In this document: piece by piece, positions 20,025-32,054 of the stretch
How positions within the stretch are numbered: position 1 is the first letter of the stretch
How the letters are laid out: every line of letters starts with the position of its first letter
NCBI GenBank assembly: GCA_963832745.1
Contig: CAWHVC010000005.1
Span: 582,590-646,589 of the forward strand
Length of the DNA: 64,000 bases
Reading direction: 5' to 3'
Source: Candidatus Bathyarchaeota archaeon
Lineage (GTDB): Archaea; Thermoproteota; Bathyarchaeia; Bathyarchaeales; Bathycorpusculaceae
Notes under the pieces: generated by a model
The model's input: only the letters and a program-made list of their open reading frames with translations
Told to the model about the DNA's origin: nothing
Databases searched by the model: none
Position numbers and translations under genes: made by a program

Positions 20025-20782
20025 TAAGCAACCGTTTTTTTTGCTATTACATATATGGGATCTTGGTAGTTTCCGCCAAGCCTTTTCAAAAACAGGTTTA
20101 GTAATCCCCAGAAAGTATGGTACAGAAAATAAAGCAGATTAAAGTTAAACCCTATACTAACAATCATTTTCTTAAAACCAAACGGTGTAAAACCTGTTTC
20201 AATAATTCTAAGGTCCTTAACTCTATTTATTAAGCTTACAAGCATAGGTTGGGTATAAATTTTATGATATAGCCCATATTTGCCGTGGGAAAGGGAGATT
20301 ACAAGCTTGTTTCTAAAGGTGGACGCAAAGTTTGGTATTATAATTATTAGAATGCCGTCTTTCTTTAGAACCATTGTTGCATCATTTAGAAAATCAGAAA
20401 CTTGAGATTCCAATCTAAAATGCTCTACAACACCAAATGATGAAATAACATCAAAGGTACAATCGCTAAAAGGAATGTGGGTTACGTCACCGCCAGATAG
20501 TTGAGTATTGTTTTTACTTGTTTTTAGATAAAGGTTTAGTTGTTTTAGGGGTTCTAAAACTATGTCAATACCAACACAAGAAGCATCATTATGTCGATTA
20601 AAGTATAAGCATCGTAAACCATATCCACAGCCAGCCTCAAGAACAAACGACCCCTTTTTAACATATTTTGACAGAATTGAGGCAAAATGAACACTTTCAA
20701 CGTCTTTCTCTCGTTTACCTATGTCATAGTCAGCAACAACTTTACTCCATGTTCTTTCCCAGTCCCTTTCAACTATTTCCAA
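20024..20782 (-). CDS. Class I SAM-dependent methyltransferase
   Basis: VLEAGCGYG, GIDI, FDVISSFGVVEHF, LKKDG..II.IPN. Confidence 0.9.
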   Translation of the reverse strand: MEIVERDWERTWSKVVADYDIGKREKDVESVHFASILSKYVKKGSFVLEAGCGYGLRCLYFNRHNDASCVGIDIVLEPLKQLNLYLKTSKNNTQLSGGDVTHIPFSDCTFDVISSFGVVEHFRLESQVSDFLNDATMVLKKDGILIIIIPNFASTFRNKLVISLSHGKYGLYHKIYTQPMLVSLINRVKDLRIIETGFTPFGFKKMIVSIGFNFNLLYFLYHTFWGLLNLFLKRLGGNYQDPIYVIAKKTVA

Positions 20783-20799
20783 ATAAAAACCTTATAAAA

Positions 20800-21973
20800 A
20801 ACGTTAATCAAATCAGAAACAGACCGATAATTACTATATCTTAAAGAAAAAGCTTCTCGATTGCTATCACCAAAAGCAACAATAGAAGATTTATCCATTG
20901 ATAAAAACCATTCTAAAGCATCCGCAAGTCCTTTTCAATCACCCGGTTCAACTAAACCAACACCTTTCAAACCCAGAACTTGTTCAGGAATCCCTCCAAC
21001 ATTGGATGCAATAACTATTCGGCCTCTAAGACAAGCCTCGCTAACAACATATGGAAACGCTTCAGGAACAATTGAAGGCACCAAAACTGCTCCAATAAGC
21101 CCATAAACTTTAGAATACGAACGACCACTCAAACGTGGATACAAAATAATTTTCTTTTTTTCGAAAAGGATATTGTGTTGAAGCAATTTTCAGCTACAGA
21201 GACGCGAAGATTTGAATTGAAGTTTCCTTGAATTTGGCACCATGAACGCATCAAAGTATTGAAGCCCTTAAGAAAAACTTAATCCGCCAAAATAACCCAA
21301 ATCGTGACATTTCAAGGGCGTTTGAGCTACCTTCGGAATGGGATTATAAATTATCAGGGATTTTCTGGCAATTTCTGGCAACCGTTGAAGTACAGATTTC
21401 ATTTGGGATTTTGATACAAACAGGACAGCATCTGCAGATTTCAGAGCTTCTATGTAAACAGTACTTATAGTTGAATTTAGAATACTGGAAACGATTGCTT
21501 GTGTATTGGTTCGACCGTTATTATTTTTTCGTAAGATAGGATGCAGTTTACGCAAAGAGAAACGTTTTGTTAAGATTACAATCAGAATTGTTTGCAAGGT
21601 CATAGGAGGCACCTATTGAGCAGGCGGGAAAAGTTGAGTGCAAATGAATTACAACTGGTTTTTTAAATCTGCTTTTAATAAAAGGTACAAACAAGAACAA
21701 TCCGGCAGCGTAAACAACGTCGGACCAATCTATTAACTGCTTAAGCTTTCTAAAAGCAACTAAAGACGCCCCAACAAGGAATTTGCCAAACCCCATGACT
21801 TTAAACTGATAAATCGGCAAGCCATCGCGAGAAAAAAATCCGTAAACGCTGGAGGGAACAACAAGTTTAACATTTACAGAAGACAAAGTGAGCAAACGTG
21901 CATAAAGGTAAGTGGCTAATTCACCGCCGCTGCCTTCAGGCCAAAGATTGTCGGTTAAAATTAAAACGTTCAC
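20800..21973 (-). pseudogene. GT4 glycosyltransferase, fragmented
   Basis: Fragments MNVLIL...PEGSGGE (21548-21973), FVSKSQ...IYNP (21268-21612), PSIVPEAFPYVVSEA...IASNVGGIPE (20935-21186); 3' end approximate. Confidence 0.8.
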
Positions 21974-21997
21974 TATATTATCATGCGATTATTTGTT

Positions 21998-23071
21998 TCA
22001 TGCATTTACGTACATTATTAAGATTATGATTAGCTTTAACTTGCCCAATTGATTTTTCGGCATAAACTTTGAGTATCTCCGATTACAAAGAATGCGTTTT
22101 AATTCTCTGTAAAGATCATCTTCAAGCGTTAAAGGATCCACTAAAACGCCTGCATTATTACTTAACAAGTGGGGAATGCTCTGAAGGGAAGTGGCAATTA
22201 CACATTTGCCAAGCGACATCGCTTCAAGAATAACTAAGGGAGGATCAATTGCAGCATCAACCAACGCAGGATACAACAAGACATCGCTGTCACAAATGGC
22301 GTTATACTTTTCCGGTTCTGATAAATTAGCAATATGCAATTCAACAATATTTCTGTCGGTACAGTTTAAACTGTTACAGAAGCTTTTACCGAACTGTTGA
22401 TAGTCAGCATAACCAAGTTTTGAAATGTAGGCAACAAATTTAACGGCATATCCTTCTCTACGAAGTTTCGCTAAAGCGTTTAGCACTTTATCATAAGGGA
22501 ACCTAAGGTATAACCCATGCCCCAAATACAAAATTTTAAGCGAAGTAGTCGGTTCATGAACACAGAATGTTGTGGCAGGAAAAATTATAGGTGCGGACAT
22601 AATGGTAATTTTTTCGAAATACTGGTTTAAATTTTTTGTAGCACCTAAAAGAGGTTGTAACAATGTGTATCCGGTTAAGAAAGGACAGGGGGAGAGCGCT
22701 ATATGAACGCAAAATGGGACCAGGCATATTTAAAACGTTGTAAGCAAACTGGTAAATGAAATTCAATTTGCCAAAAAAAGAACTGCAGGAAAGTTCGTTA
22801 TCGAAAAATCGATAAAATGCACATCTACCTTGGCATTTTTCCTGAGTTCCTTTAAGAACGAAAATTTTAAATTGTTTATATTATAAAAAGGTTTCACTGA
22901 AAAAGAGTTTGAATTTACAGTTACACCTCGACGTTCATCCATACTTGTAAAGACGCTCACCTGTTCATACAAAAGGCGAAGTATATCCAAGAAGTTTTTT
23001 GCTAAACGTACCTCGCCCATATTCCATGGAGGATGCATTCCATTAGAAACAATCAAAGCTTTTTGATTCAA
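21998..23071 (-). pseudogene. GT4 glycosyltransferase, fragmented
   Basis: N-part PPWNMGE (22763-23071); C-part DPPLVILEAMSLGKCVI (21998-22663). Confidence 0.75.
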
Positions 23072-23152
23072 TAAATACTAATCTCCAATTAGGCGTTAAT
23101 TCGTTGAAGTAATCGCTGTGTTGAAATCTTGTTCAGAGGCTTAGATATTTGA

Positions 23153-24048
23153 TTAAAGAGCTTCGTCTAAAAAGTGGTTCACACATTTTTTCCAGGATAA
23201 CTTTAGATAGCGACAAAGAATCAACATGGTAGGTGGCGGGTCTGGAAAAAAGGGTATACTCAATTGACCGCCAATAGCATTTAGAACTGCGACGATTTTA
23301 GAGGGCATTTTATTCCAAGCTAATTCATGAAGTTGCAGGGTGATTGTTAAACTCCATCTAGTAGCGTTTGATAAATGGTTCTTTTTAGTTAACTGTATAA
23401 ACATCTCAATTGATGACTTGTCCATTGTGGAAAGGTAATTTAGTATGGTAACATATTCTGAAAGAGTATATTGGTTTTCTTTTAATGCCGCATGGGCTAT
23501 TACTGCCAATAATTCTGCTTCAGGACGTAAAATGTAAGTTGCAAAGCCCTCACAGATGTCTTTCTTAATTTTAAACGGTGACAAAGATTTTTTGTTTAGG
23601 TAAATTAATCGGCTTATGCTAATTTCACTATAAACATCAATCATCGCTTCAATCTTAAAGCGTTTATTGGTATCCTGAAATGTTGTGCAATAATCGCCTT
23701 TTTGATAAACAAGTAATCATTTTGCTTGAGAGCGGTTACTATTTTGCTATAGTCATAAGGACCCAGACATAAAACATCTATATCAGAAACGTCATCTAGA
23801 CCAGGCTTTAACGTTTTAAAAATGGCATAGTTAACGTCTTCCTTGTTAAATAGAAAAGAAGCATTTGCTAGTAACTCTAACATGCTGTTTAGCCGTGAAG
23901 AATGGTACTGGTACTCTGGAAGCAAAGAGGCAGTTTCAGAGAGTATGTTTTGCAAATATGTTAAAGGTATCTTGTTTGCAGAAGCTATTGAATAGAGTTG
24001 CCGGGAATATTCATCGATAACGTCACCGGTTTTTTGAAGGAGACCCAA
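23153..24048 (-). pseudogene. Nucleotidyltransferase-family protein, fragmented
   Basis: FKTLKP..DDVSDIDVL (DxD) and IDVYSE; AELL..IAH; split at ~23641. Confidence 0.65.
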
Positions 24049-24075
24049 TGATTCTTAGCAAAGAAAGAAAAGGCT

Positions 24076-25050
24076 TCATGTAAGTGATAGGATAGTTTTA
24101 GTGAAGCATTCGCTGCTTTCTTTGGAATTCCATTGTTTCGCTATTTTTTTAGCGTTCATCGAAAGCGTATTGAAACTTTTTAAATCCATTTTTAAGATAG
24201 CAACAGCTTCTTTAGCAATTGCATCTGTGTTCATGCGAACCACCAAATCGGGGTCTGGTTTTTCAACAAAAGTTTTTGCACCAACCCTCTGGGTGATTAA
24301 AGGAATCACCCCTGCGGACATAGCTTCCAAAACAGGCACACAAAACGTATCGGTCCGCCAGGAGCCAGTAAAACCTTACACTTCATAAACACTTTAATGA
24401 TTTCAGGCTTTGACTGCCAACCAAGGACAAAGAACCCATTGACTTTTTTTCCAGCCGTTTTTAATTCTGAAAATTGCGGGCCTTTTCCAATAACCTAAAA
24501 AATTAACCTGGTTTATTCAATAGGTAATTTTTTTAAATATGTCAAATAATAAATCGGCCCCTTTTATTCTTTCAAGCGCACCCAAAAATACAACATTATT
24601 TTCTTTTCCATACTCTTGAGTCACACTGAGGAAAGCTTCCATAGAAACATCAGGGTGACAGACCGATATAGGTACACATCTAATGCCAAAATTGTTAAAT
24701 ATATGATCTCGCTGCAGTTGAGAAACAGCAATGATTCCATCAGTTTTTTTCAAAAATTGCTTAATCAGCTTGTCTTTAAAGGTTAAAGAATGAACAGCTA
24801 ACGGGTATCCATGGGCAACATTTAGTATTTTAGCGTTCCTGTTCCAAATTTTAATAATGCGAGCAACGATTGTGGGTCTAACGCCCTCGGCGACAATAAC
24901 TTTAGCTCGGCATAAAGAAAAAAGAGCCATTATGTTACATTGGGTTAAACTAATAGTACATCCGTTGAATTTTTGTTCAATTATTTTTGCCCAAAGCTTA
25001 TGTGCAGAGTGCGGTTCGCTTGAATAACAAAGATAAACATAGCCAGACAC
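24076..25050 (-). pseudogene. GT4 glycosyltransferase, fragmented
   Basis: IAVSQL, FLGALERIKGAD; out-of-frame VIGKGP; VLEAMSAG; several disruptions at 24340-24520. Confidence 0.8.
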
Positions 25051-25066
25051 TACAACAACTCTGTTC

Positions 25067-26801
25067 TTAAGAGACCGCTGAAATCAAAGCGTCTTTTTGA
25101 GCATATATCGCATTATCTTGGTCATTAGAGTAAACTTTATCAAAGTATTGGTTACCATCAATAGTTTGATTGAAAACTGTTAAGAAAGAGGAAAATGTTG
25201 GTTCATAGCCGTAGAATTGATCTAAATTTTCATATTCTTCAGTAAGAACCACTATGTGTACCCAATAACTGACTCATTCATTGCAGTTGCATTGTTTTTG
25301 CAATCATTGTAAATCGTGTCCAAGTTTTGGTTAGTTTTAAAGAAAAGTCGGTTGTTGCCATTCAATATTGAATGATACCTAAGGGCGACATCTGGAGAAT
25401 TAATAGTTGCATTATCAAATGGATTGTAATAAATGGAAACGAAATTCGCAACAGTATGCGATGAAGTAGAGATCCCCATAAAAGGCATTGAAGAAGTAAA
25501 TGAAGTCACAGGCATCAAGAGAATCATAACACTGAACAAAACCAGTAGAAAAGCAGTGAAGCCCTTTTTGCTTAATCTGAAGGTTCTTCGTGTGGAAGCA
25601 AACTTAAAACCAATAACCATGGAGATTAATGCTGAAAAATAGATAATCGAATGCTCTACGCTTCTATCCAAATTAGCAAGCGATGTTCTTGACCAAGGCC
25701 CAACAAAAAGTAAGGCACAAGTCAATAGGCCTACAACAAGAAATAAGCCAGATCGACCCACTTTTTTGTATAATGATATTATAGAAAGAGAAACACCTGA
25801 GATTATTATAAATAATGATGAAAAAACTCGCAGGTATATTACGTTTAAATATTCAGGCCTGTGTAACCACCAATATATTTTGCCGCAGAGATCATTGGTT
25901 CATTAGATTCTTGAAGTAAAAGTTCGTATGTCTGCCGTAGAGAGGCTACTAAATCATTTGTAAAAAAGCTTGTAACTATATACCATGAACACCAAGATAC
26001 AATAAAAAGTAAAGACAGCGAACCAAATAGTTTTGAACGCTTCTTAAGGTATAAACCAAAGAATAATGCAAAAATCACAGCGCTAGCAATTAGTGAGGAT
26101 AAAGGATGGGTTACTACAAGTGCGAAATAGATGATAGAGGACAAGAAAGCAAACTTTGTATTGGAAGTTTTTAGGTAAACTATAAGCGTTAACAAAAGTA
26201 TACCGTACAACATGTAACCGTAGGTGTGTTTTCCAAAGCTGTTGCCAAACCAAGATAACCCTAAAACAGCCAAAGGAGCAATATAAGCGTAGTTAAAACG
26301 GGATACTCTTAAAGCGATAAGATACGCAGCCAATGCTAAAAATAATACAAAAAATATATGGAAACATTTCATTGTCAAAATTGAATCCATTCTAGTCACC
26401 TCTAGGAAGCCTGCCATAGAGACGTAAGCACCAGGAAATCTGTCGGCACCACTACCAGTAGTGTTACCGTTTTCCATCACGTAAAAAGCGTAGGACATGT
26501 GACCATATGCATCTCTGCTGCCCGGATCGTTCACATAAACAACACTTGGTAGAGCGAAAATGTAACAGCCAACTAAGATTACGAAACAAATAGTTGCTAT
26601 CTTGGAAAATCGTCCTTTCCACACCAAAGCAAATAGCGAAAAAACCAAGCCTATCCAATACATTGCAGGCAGGTTTTGTGTGTACTGGTAAATGTCTGAA
26701 GAAGCATCAATTATTGGAATAGTTAATGCTGTAAACAAAAGAAGCGTTGCTGAAATTGTGATTGAAACTATTAGAAATTTATTAAGTGAGAAAGAGGTCA
26801 G
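25067..26801 (-). pseudogene. Polytopic membrane protein (polymerase/GT-C-like), fragmented
   Basis: Three consecutive pieces (25845-26738, 25252-25761, 25067-25252); RDAYGH, FPG, THPLS and KVYSN motifs; probable CTG start at 26801. Confidence 0.65.
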
Positions 26802-27913
26802 TTGGTTAACTCCTTATACAGAGCCAAAAGTTCATCGACCACTGTGTTAATGTCATATCGTTTTGAAATGTTCAAACATTCAAGATTCATTTTATTCCAA
26901 AGGGAGTTGTCACATAAGAGAAGAGCGATATATTTGGCCATAGAATTTATATCGTTAACGTTCGCTATTCTAAACCCATTTCGGTTGTGAACTATAATTT
27001 CTTCAGGAATGGCTGTTGAAACTAATGCGGGTGTTCCGCAGCAAATGCTCTCTAAAGTAGCTATAGAAAAGGCTTCATAATAACTTGGATTAATCGTTAA
27101 ACGCATTCGCCCAAGAAGATTTAGGAGCTCTTCACGCCCGATTGACCCTAAATAGGTAACGTGAGTTTTTTCTTTGTTAGACAAACTGTTCAGACATTGT
27201 CGTAAATAGTCATTTTCTGTTCCCGCAATATATAGATGAAGAGGGATACCAGTATTCCAAATAATTTTCAAAGCTTGCAAAGTAAACTTTAGGTTTTTTT
27301 CTTTTCTACTGCCAACATGAATGGCAGCGAATTCTCTTTCTCGCGAACTTCTTTGATATTTCTGGTAACGTTTTGTGTCTAATCCAATGGGAATTGTGAT
27401 GAGTTTACTTCTGGCAGGATTTACGAGCATATATTGATGTAGTTCTTTATCGATTTTATTACTAACAGCTATTACTTTAGTATAAAAAAACGAGTATGTT
27501 GTAAGACGGATTTTAAATAAACTCATTAACTTCTTGAGGTAACTGTCTGAGTCTATTAATGGCGCAGTACCGTGATAAGTCATAATTATTGGAGTCTTTT
27601 TTTGATAAAACAAAATTTGATTATTTAGATGAATGACATCAGGTTTAAAATCGTTGTTGAGCTTTCTTAAAAGTGTTACCCATCCAAAAGGTAACGTGTA
27701 ATTCAAGTTTACAGTTATATTTGGAAGTTTTTCTATAAAAAAATGTTGAGTTAAAAAATTTTTTAACACCAGGGGATCGTGTCTGGTTACTTTTCCACAA
27801 CAGAGTTGCACATCAACCCCACGTTTGATTAGCTCTTGAGCTGTTCCTAGCATGTAGGTACTAATGCCGTCAATGTTTTCAATAGAACCCCGTCTGACCA
27901 ATAAAACTTTCAA
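26798..27913 (-). CDS. GT4 glycosyltransferase
   Basis: DVIHL, TYHG, IAVS, IPIGLD, PSYYEAFSIATLES..CGTP. Confidence 0.9.
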   Translation of the reverse strand: MKVLLVRRGSIENIDGISTYMLGTAQELIKRGVDVQLCCGKVTRHDPLVLKNFLTQHFFIEKLPNITVNLNYTLPFGWVTLLRKLNNDFKPDVIHLNNQILFYQKKTPIIMTYHGTAPLIDSDSYLKKLMSLFKIRLTTYSFFYTKVIAVSNKIDKELHQYMLVNPARSKLITIPIGLDTKRYQKYQRSSREREFAAIHVGSRKEKNLKFTLQALKIIWNTGIPLHLYIAGTENDYLRQCLNSLSNKEKTHVTYLGSIGREELLNLLGRMRLTINPSYYEAFSIATLESICCGTPALVSTAIPEEIIVHNRNGFRIANVNDINSMAKYIALLLCDNSLWNKMNLECLNISKRYDINTVVDELLALYKELTN

Positions 27914-27919
27914 TTGGCG

Positions 27920-28678
27920 CTATCTTTCCGATTTGATTATTGCTTTTTGCCCAAAGGCATATGACTGAAAACCAAACGGTTGCTTGGTTAATGTTGCCTT
28001 CAAACTATTGATTATAGAGCCTAACAGTGCATTTTTGTTTTCACCGAAATTAAACGTGCCAAAGCTTATTTCGCCAAAACCAGCTTTTTTAAGGAAATTG
28101 CCCAAGGTCCAAGGGGGATAAGATAATTCGTAGCCAAGAGTCCATCTGTTTAACGCTTTTTTAATAGACCGTTTGATACTATGGAGAGCAAATATGTTAG
28201 GAGTAGTTATGAAAACAGAACAGTCTTTTTTTATTGTTCTGTAAAACTCGGATAAGGCAACATACGGATTAGTAAAATGTTCAATTACTCCAAAACTTAA
28301 CACTAAATCCAAACAGTCACATCGTAAGGGCAAACATCTAATGTCAGCTAAAATGAAATTTGCATTTTTATTATGGTTCTTGTGAGCATAATAATTAGCC
28401 TTTTTTAAACCATTTATGCTTATGTCGACACCTATAGCATTATAGTCGTGTTTTGCAAGCCAAAAAACCCAGCGACCATCACCGGAACCAGCCTCAAGAA
28501 CAGTGTAGCTTTTTGCTGGCAGTAAACCTTTAACTAAATAAAAAGCAGGGTCTTTAGGGATATTATTAACTTTACGATTCATTTTTAAAAGGGATTCTTC
28601 CTTCCAAAACTTATTCCATGTTAAAGATAATTCTTGATTACTGTTTGACAGCAAAATACAGTTTTTCCAGTTTTTCAA
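27920..28678 (-). CDS. Class I SAM-dependent methyltransferase
   Basis: VLEAGSGDG, GVDIS, SFGVIEHF, ITTPN; start uncertain. Confidence 0.88.
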   Translation of the reverse strand: MKNWKNCILLSNSNQELSLTWNKFWKEESLLKMNRKVNNIPKDPAFYLVKGLLPAKSYTVLEAGSGDGRWVFWLAKHDYNAIGVDISINGLKKANYYAHKNHNKNANFILADIRCLPLRCDCLDLVLSFGVIEHFTNPYVALSEFYRTIKKDCSVFITTPNIFALHSIKRSIKKALNRWTLGYELSYPPWTLGNFLKKAGFGEISFGTFNFGENKNALLGSIINSLKATLTKQPFGFQSYAFGQKAIIKSER

Positions 28679-29789
28679 TCGATATATTTGACGAAAATTT
28701 TTTAGAAAATTCCACCGCTTTTATAGAGGCTTGTTTTACTAACGTGACATTTGTAAAGAGCACCTTTATTGCTTGTACTAATTCAGATAAATTACCGGGT
28801 TCAATAAGCAGGCCAGTTTCACCAGACACAAGCATCTCAGAGACAGCACCTACGTTGGAAGAAATAACGGGTTTTCCTAAAGCTTGAGCCTCAAGAAGAA
28901 CATTAGGAGTGTACTCTTTGTATGAGGGAAGTACAAGAAAAGCAGAATTATTGATAACGTCAATCTTTTCCTGCCCATATAACGCTCCAGTAAAACTAAT
29001 TGAGTCTGTTAGCTGCAATTCAGAAGCAATTCGATTAAGGTATGCTTCATACTGCTGATTGACTGGCCCAACAAGTTTGAGTTTCACATAGGGCAACTCT
29101 TTTTTAACGTTAGCCAACGCCATTAATAACAAGTCAAGTCCTTTTACCCAAGTAACTCGCCCAAGAAATAGCATATAACTACTAAGAGATGTCTCTTGCA
29201 AAAAATTGTTCGAAAGCGCAGGGGAAACAGCTGGAAACCTGACAACGATGATTTTACGTTCGGTAATTCCTTTTTCAAGCAACCAATTCTGTTCTAAAAT
29301 TGTATGTGCAATAAACCAATCGATATTCTTGCAAGTTAGACGCATTAAACTAAATGCAATAGGAAACATAGCTCGGGCGGATGGTTTTTCTAAGGACATT
29401 ATCGGATGATGTAGTTCAGATATTACCCCATAGCCTAATTCTTGTTTCCAACTGCATATTTGAAAAAGACTCAAATGCAGACAATGGACATGTACAATAT
29501 CGGGGTTAATTTTTTTTAGAACGTTTTTCAAGTTTGTTAACGCACGTGCATAGCCGATCTGTAGGTTAATTGAGTGCAGCTTATGTAAAGTAACTTTATC
29601 CTTTGTTTCTATACCATAATCGGAAACTTGGTTCATCGTTGTTACATCAAAAGGGGTTGCGAGAATGTGAACTTCATGCCCTCTTTGAACAAGACCAATA
29701 CTTGTATCGTGAACTATCGTTTCTACGCCGCCAATTGCGGGGGGCCAAGGATAATATGAGCATATGATGGCAATTCGTAATTTTTTCAG
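28638..29789 (-). CDS. GT4 glycosyltransferase, probable CTG start
   Basis: Frame extends 51 codons upstream of the tracked ATG (KKLRIAIICSYYPWPPAIGGVE...RGHEVHI); FLGRV..VKG; EYTPNVLLEAQALGKPVI. Confidence 0.88.
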   Translation of the reverse strand: MKKLRIAIICSYYPWPPAIGGVETIVHDTSIGLVQRGHEVHILATPFDVTTMNQVSDYGIETKDKVTLHKLHSINLQIGYARALTNLKNVLKKINPDIVHVHCLHLSLFQICSWKQELGYGVISELHHPIMSLEKPSARAMFPIAFSLMRLTCKNIDWFIAHTILEQNWLLEKGITERKIIVVRFPAVSPALSNNFLQETSLSSYMLFLGRVTWVKGLDLLLMALANVKKELPYVKLKLVGPVNQQYEAYLNRIASELQLTDSISFTGALYGQEKIDVINNSAFLVLPSYKEYTPNVLLEAQALGKPVISSNVGAVSEMLVSGETGLLIEPGNLSELVQAIKVLFTNVTLVKQASIKAVEFSKKFSSNISIEKLEKLYFAVKQ

Positions 29790-30953
29790 TTGTTAAACCT
29801 GCATGCGAAATCTTCAATGACGTTTAGAATTTTTTTCTTAAATAATGTTTCATCAAAATTAAAAGACTGCCGAATAATTGAATCAATATTAAAAGTGTCA
29901 TAACTTTCTATTGCTAATTTGATTGATAAGGCCAATTCCTCGCATGTATTAAATCCTAAGCCGAATCGTCCACTTTGAGTTACTTCCAGCCAAGGCCCGT
30001 TAAAACCTTTATTTACAATAGGAATACAACCTGCAGCCATGCTTTCCACCACTGACAAACCGAACGGTTCATTCAAAGCTGGATGAATCAAAACCTTAGC
30101 TTTAAACAAGTTTTCAAGAACTGTTTTTCTGTCAGCGTTCAAAATTAAATCAACACAATCCTCTAATCGATTTGTTCTTATGATACTTTTCAATTCATCA
30201 ACATACTTCAGGTTATGACTAAAACCTATCAAAATAAGTTTTAATTTTAAAGTCAAGGATAAAAGCGTAAAAGCACTGATTACTTCAGCATAGTTTTTAT
30301 CAGGCTCAAACCTGCCTAAACAAACAGCTATATTCTCCTTTAGCATCTTGCCGTCATTTAACAGGACATTTATGCTTTTAGCACATGTTGGTGGATGAAT
30401 TAAGGGTATACGTAAAGGGTTTATATCAAAGGTCTTTGAAGCATGCTCTAAAGTGACCGCAGAATTTGAAATTAAAAGCCAATTTTCAGAGACCTTCGCA
30501 GTTGGATAATAATAATGAAAAAGGTGTTTATGAGTCCACCAAAGAATCTTTTTTCGCATATTTTTTTTGTAATCTGCTGGCTGATACACGTTAAAGTTTA
30601 AGCGAGCTTGCATGTGGATAATGCATATAGCATAGCACCTTTCGATTAGCAAGACATTTGGGAACATCATCAGAAAGGATGAAAAGTTGGTAAGCAGTGT
30701 TATTTGAAAGTTTTTTTGCCATATGAGCTATTGAATATGGATGAACAAAAAAGAAAGGTAACTGGTCAGTAACAATTTTTAAATTATAAAGATTTTTTCC
30801 AAAAATCTCATTTGCTTGTCTAAATCCATCTGGTTTTGAAGTTACAAGTGTTAAATCATTTTTTGTTGAAGCTAAGGCTTCTAAAATGTTCAGCATAACA
30901 AGATCGCCGCCACCCTTGTTAACGCCGAAATCGTAGACCATCGCAATCTTCAT
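29786..30953 (-). pseudogene. GT4 (ALG11-like) glycosyltransferase split by a frameshift
   Basis: MKIAMV...GGGD and YMHYP in 30591-30953; LGRFEPDKN and EPFGLSVVESMAAG in 29786-30670. Confidence 0.8.
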
Positions 30954-30981
30954 ACTACTTCAGACAACTCTTTAATAAAAA

Positions 30982-31755
30982 CTAAAATTTTGTGGGATTA
31001 AACTTTTTTATTCGAGCGTTTACTGCTTTTTCGATACCCTTAGTCCATGCTCGGCCGTCTTCGCCGGAAATAAGCAGTATTGGCGCCATTAAGGGAAGTA
31101 GCAAATAAAATACTCTTATCCAGACAGGAGGCTTTGTGTACTGCAACGCTTGATAGATTCCCAAAGTTGTCCTTACTTTATACGTTTCTTCTAAAGCGGC
31201 ATTAGCTGATTTCTCAGTGGTCACATAAGTTGCAGTTGAAAACTTGGCTTTATAACCAAGTTCAAGAGCTCTAAAAAGCAAATATGAGTCTTCGGCTATA
31301 CAGGGAGGAACTGGCAATATTTTTTCTAGAACTTTTCGCCGCACTATCATTAAATCGCCGTTGGCAGCTACATTAAATAGCCTCCGAAGAGGGTCAATTA
31401 ATCTGTAAAATTTTAGCTGAGGTCCTCTAGGAACTAGTATCCTGCAGTAGATTATGTCGATTCCATTATTCAAACTGTTAAGAGCTTGTCTAAGATTAAA
31501 AATTTTGTTATCTACGTCGTTAAATATGACTATTTCGGAATTGTCAGGGATTAAGCTTGCAGAATAGTTTATTGCATCCCATTTGCCTATTGCTTTGCGA
31601 AAAACAACGTTGGGATGGTCTACTTTTTCGCCACAGATTATTTTAAATTGTGCATTCATTTGAGTAAGTTCGAAAATTTTTTCTTCAACTTTTTTTCTGT
31701 CCCTCGCGCATATGATAAAAAAGGGAGCAGAAGCAATGCTATGCGCAGATGTCAA
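30982..31755 (-). CDS. GT2-like glycosyltransferase
   Basis: GKWDAIN, FNDVD (DxD), IAEDSY. Confidence 0.75.
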   Translation of the reverse strand: MTSAHSIASAPFFIICARDRKKVEEKIFELTQMNAQFKIICGEKVDHPNVVFRKAIGKWDAINYSASLIPDNSEIVIFNDVDNKIFNLRQALNSLNNGIDIIYCRILVPRGPQLKFYRLIDPLRRLFNVAANGDLMIVRRKVLEKILPVPPCIAEDSYLLFRALELGYKAKFSTATYVTTEKSANAALEETYKVRTTLGIYQALQYTKPPVWIRVFYLLLPLMAPILLISGEDGRAWTKGIEKAVNARIKKFNPTKF

Positions 31756-31795
31756 GTTATAGACTTGTGAAAGAGTTGCTTAGGGATACAAATGG

Positions 31796-32044
31796 TCAAA
31801 CTATTGCTTCAAGCACTTTTGTTGCAACGAGTATAATAAAAACTAGCGCTATGGGCAGTATGCATACGTTAATGTTTTTGCTATACTTTTTGAAAGGTAG
31901 TCTTTCTTCTTTTGAGGTCATTTCTTTGGAGCCAAGCATCGAAATTAGCAATAGAGAGACTATTACGCTAAAACTCGCACCTGTTGCAAGCGTTACAACC
32001 GCGGTAATAGTTGTTGTGGTCACGGTAGAAATCATGGCAGACAA
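31796..32044 (-). CDS. Small two-TM membrane protein
   Basis: 82 aa, two hydrophobic segments, co-oriented in the operon. Confidence 0.6.
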   Translation of the reverse strand: MSAMISTVTTTTITAVVTLATGASFSVIVSLLLISMLGSKEMTSKEERLPFKKYSKNINVCILPIALVFIILVATKVLEAIV

Positions 32045-32054
32045 CCGAACACCA

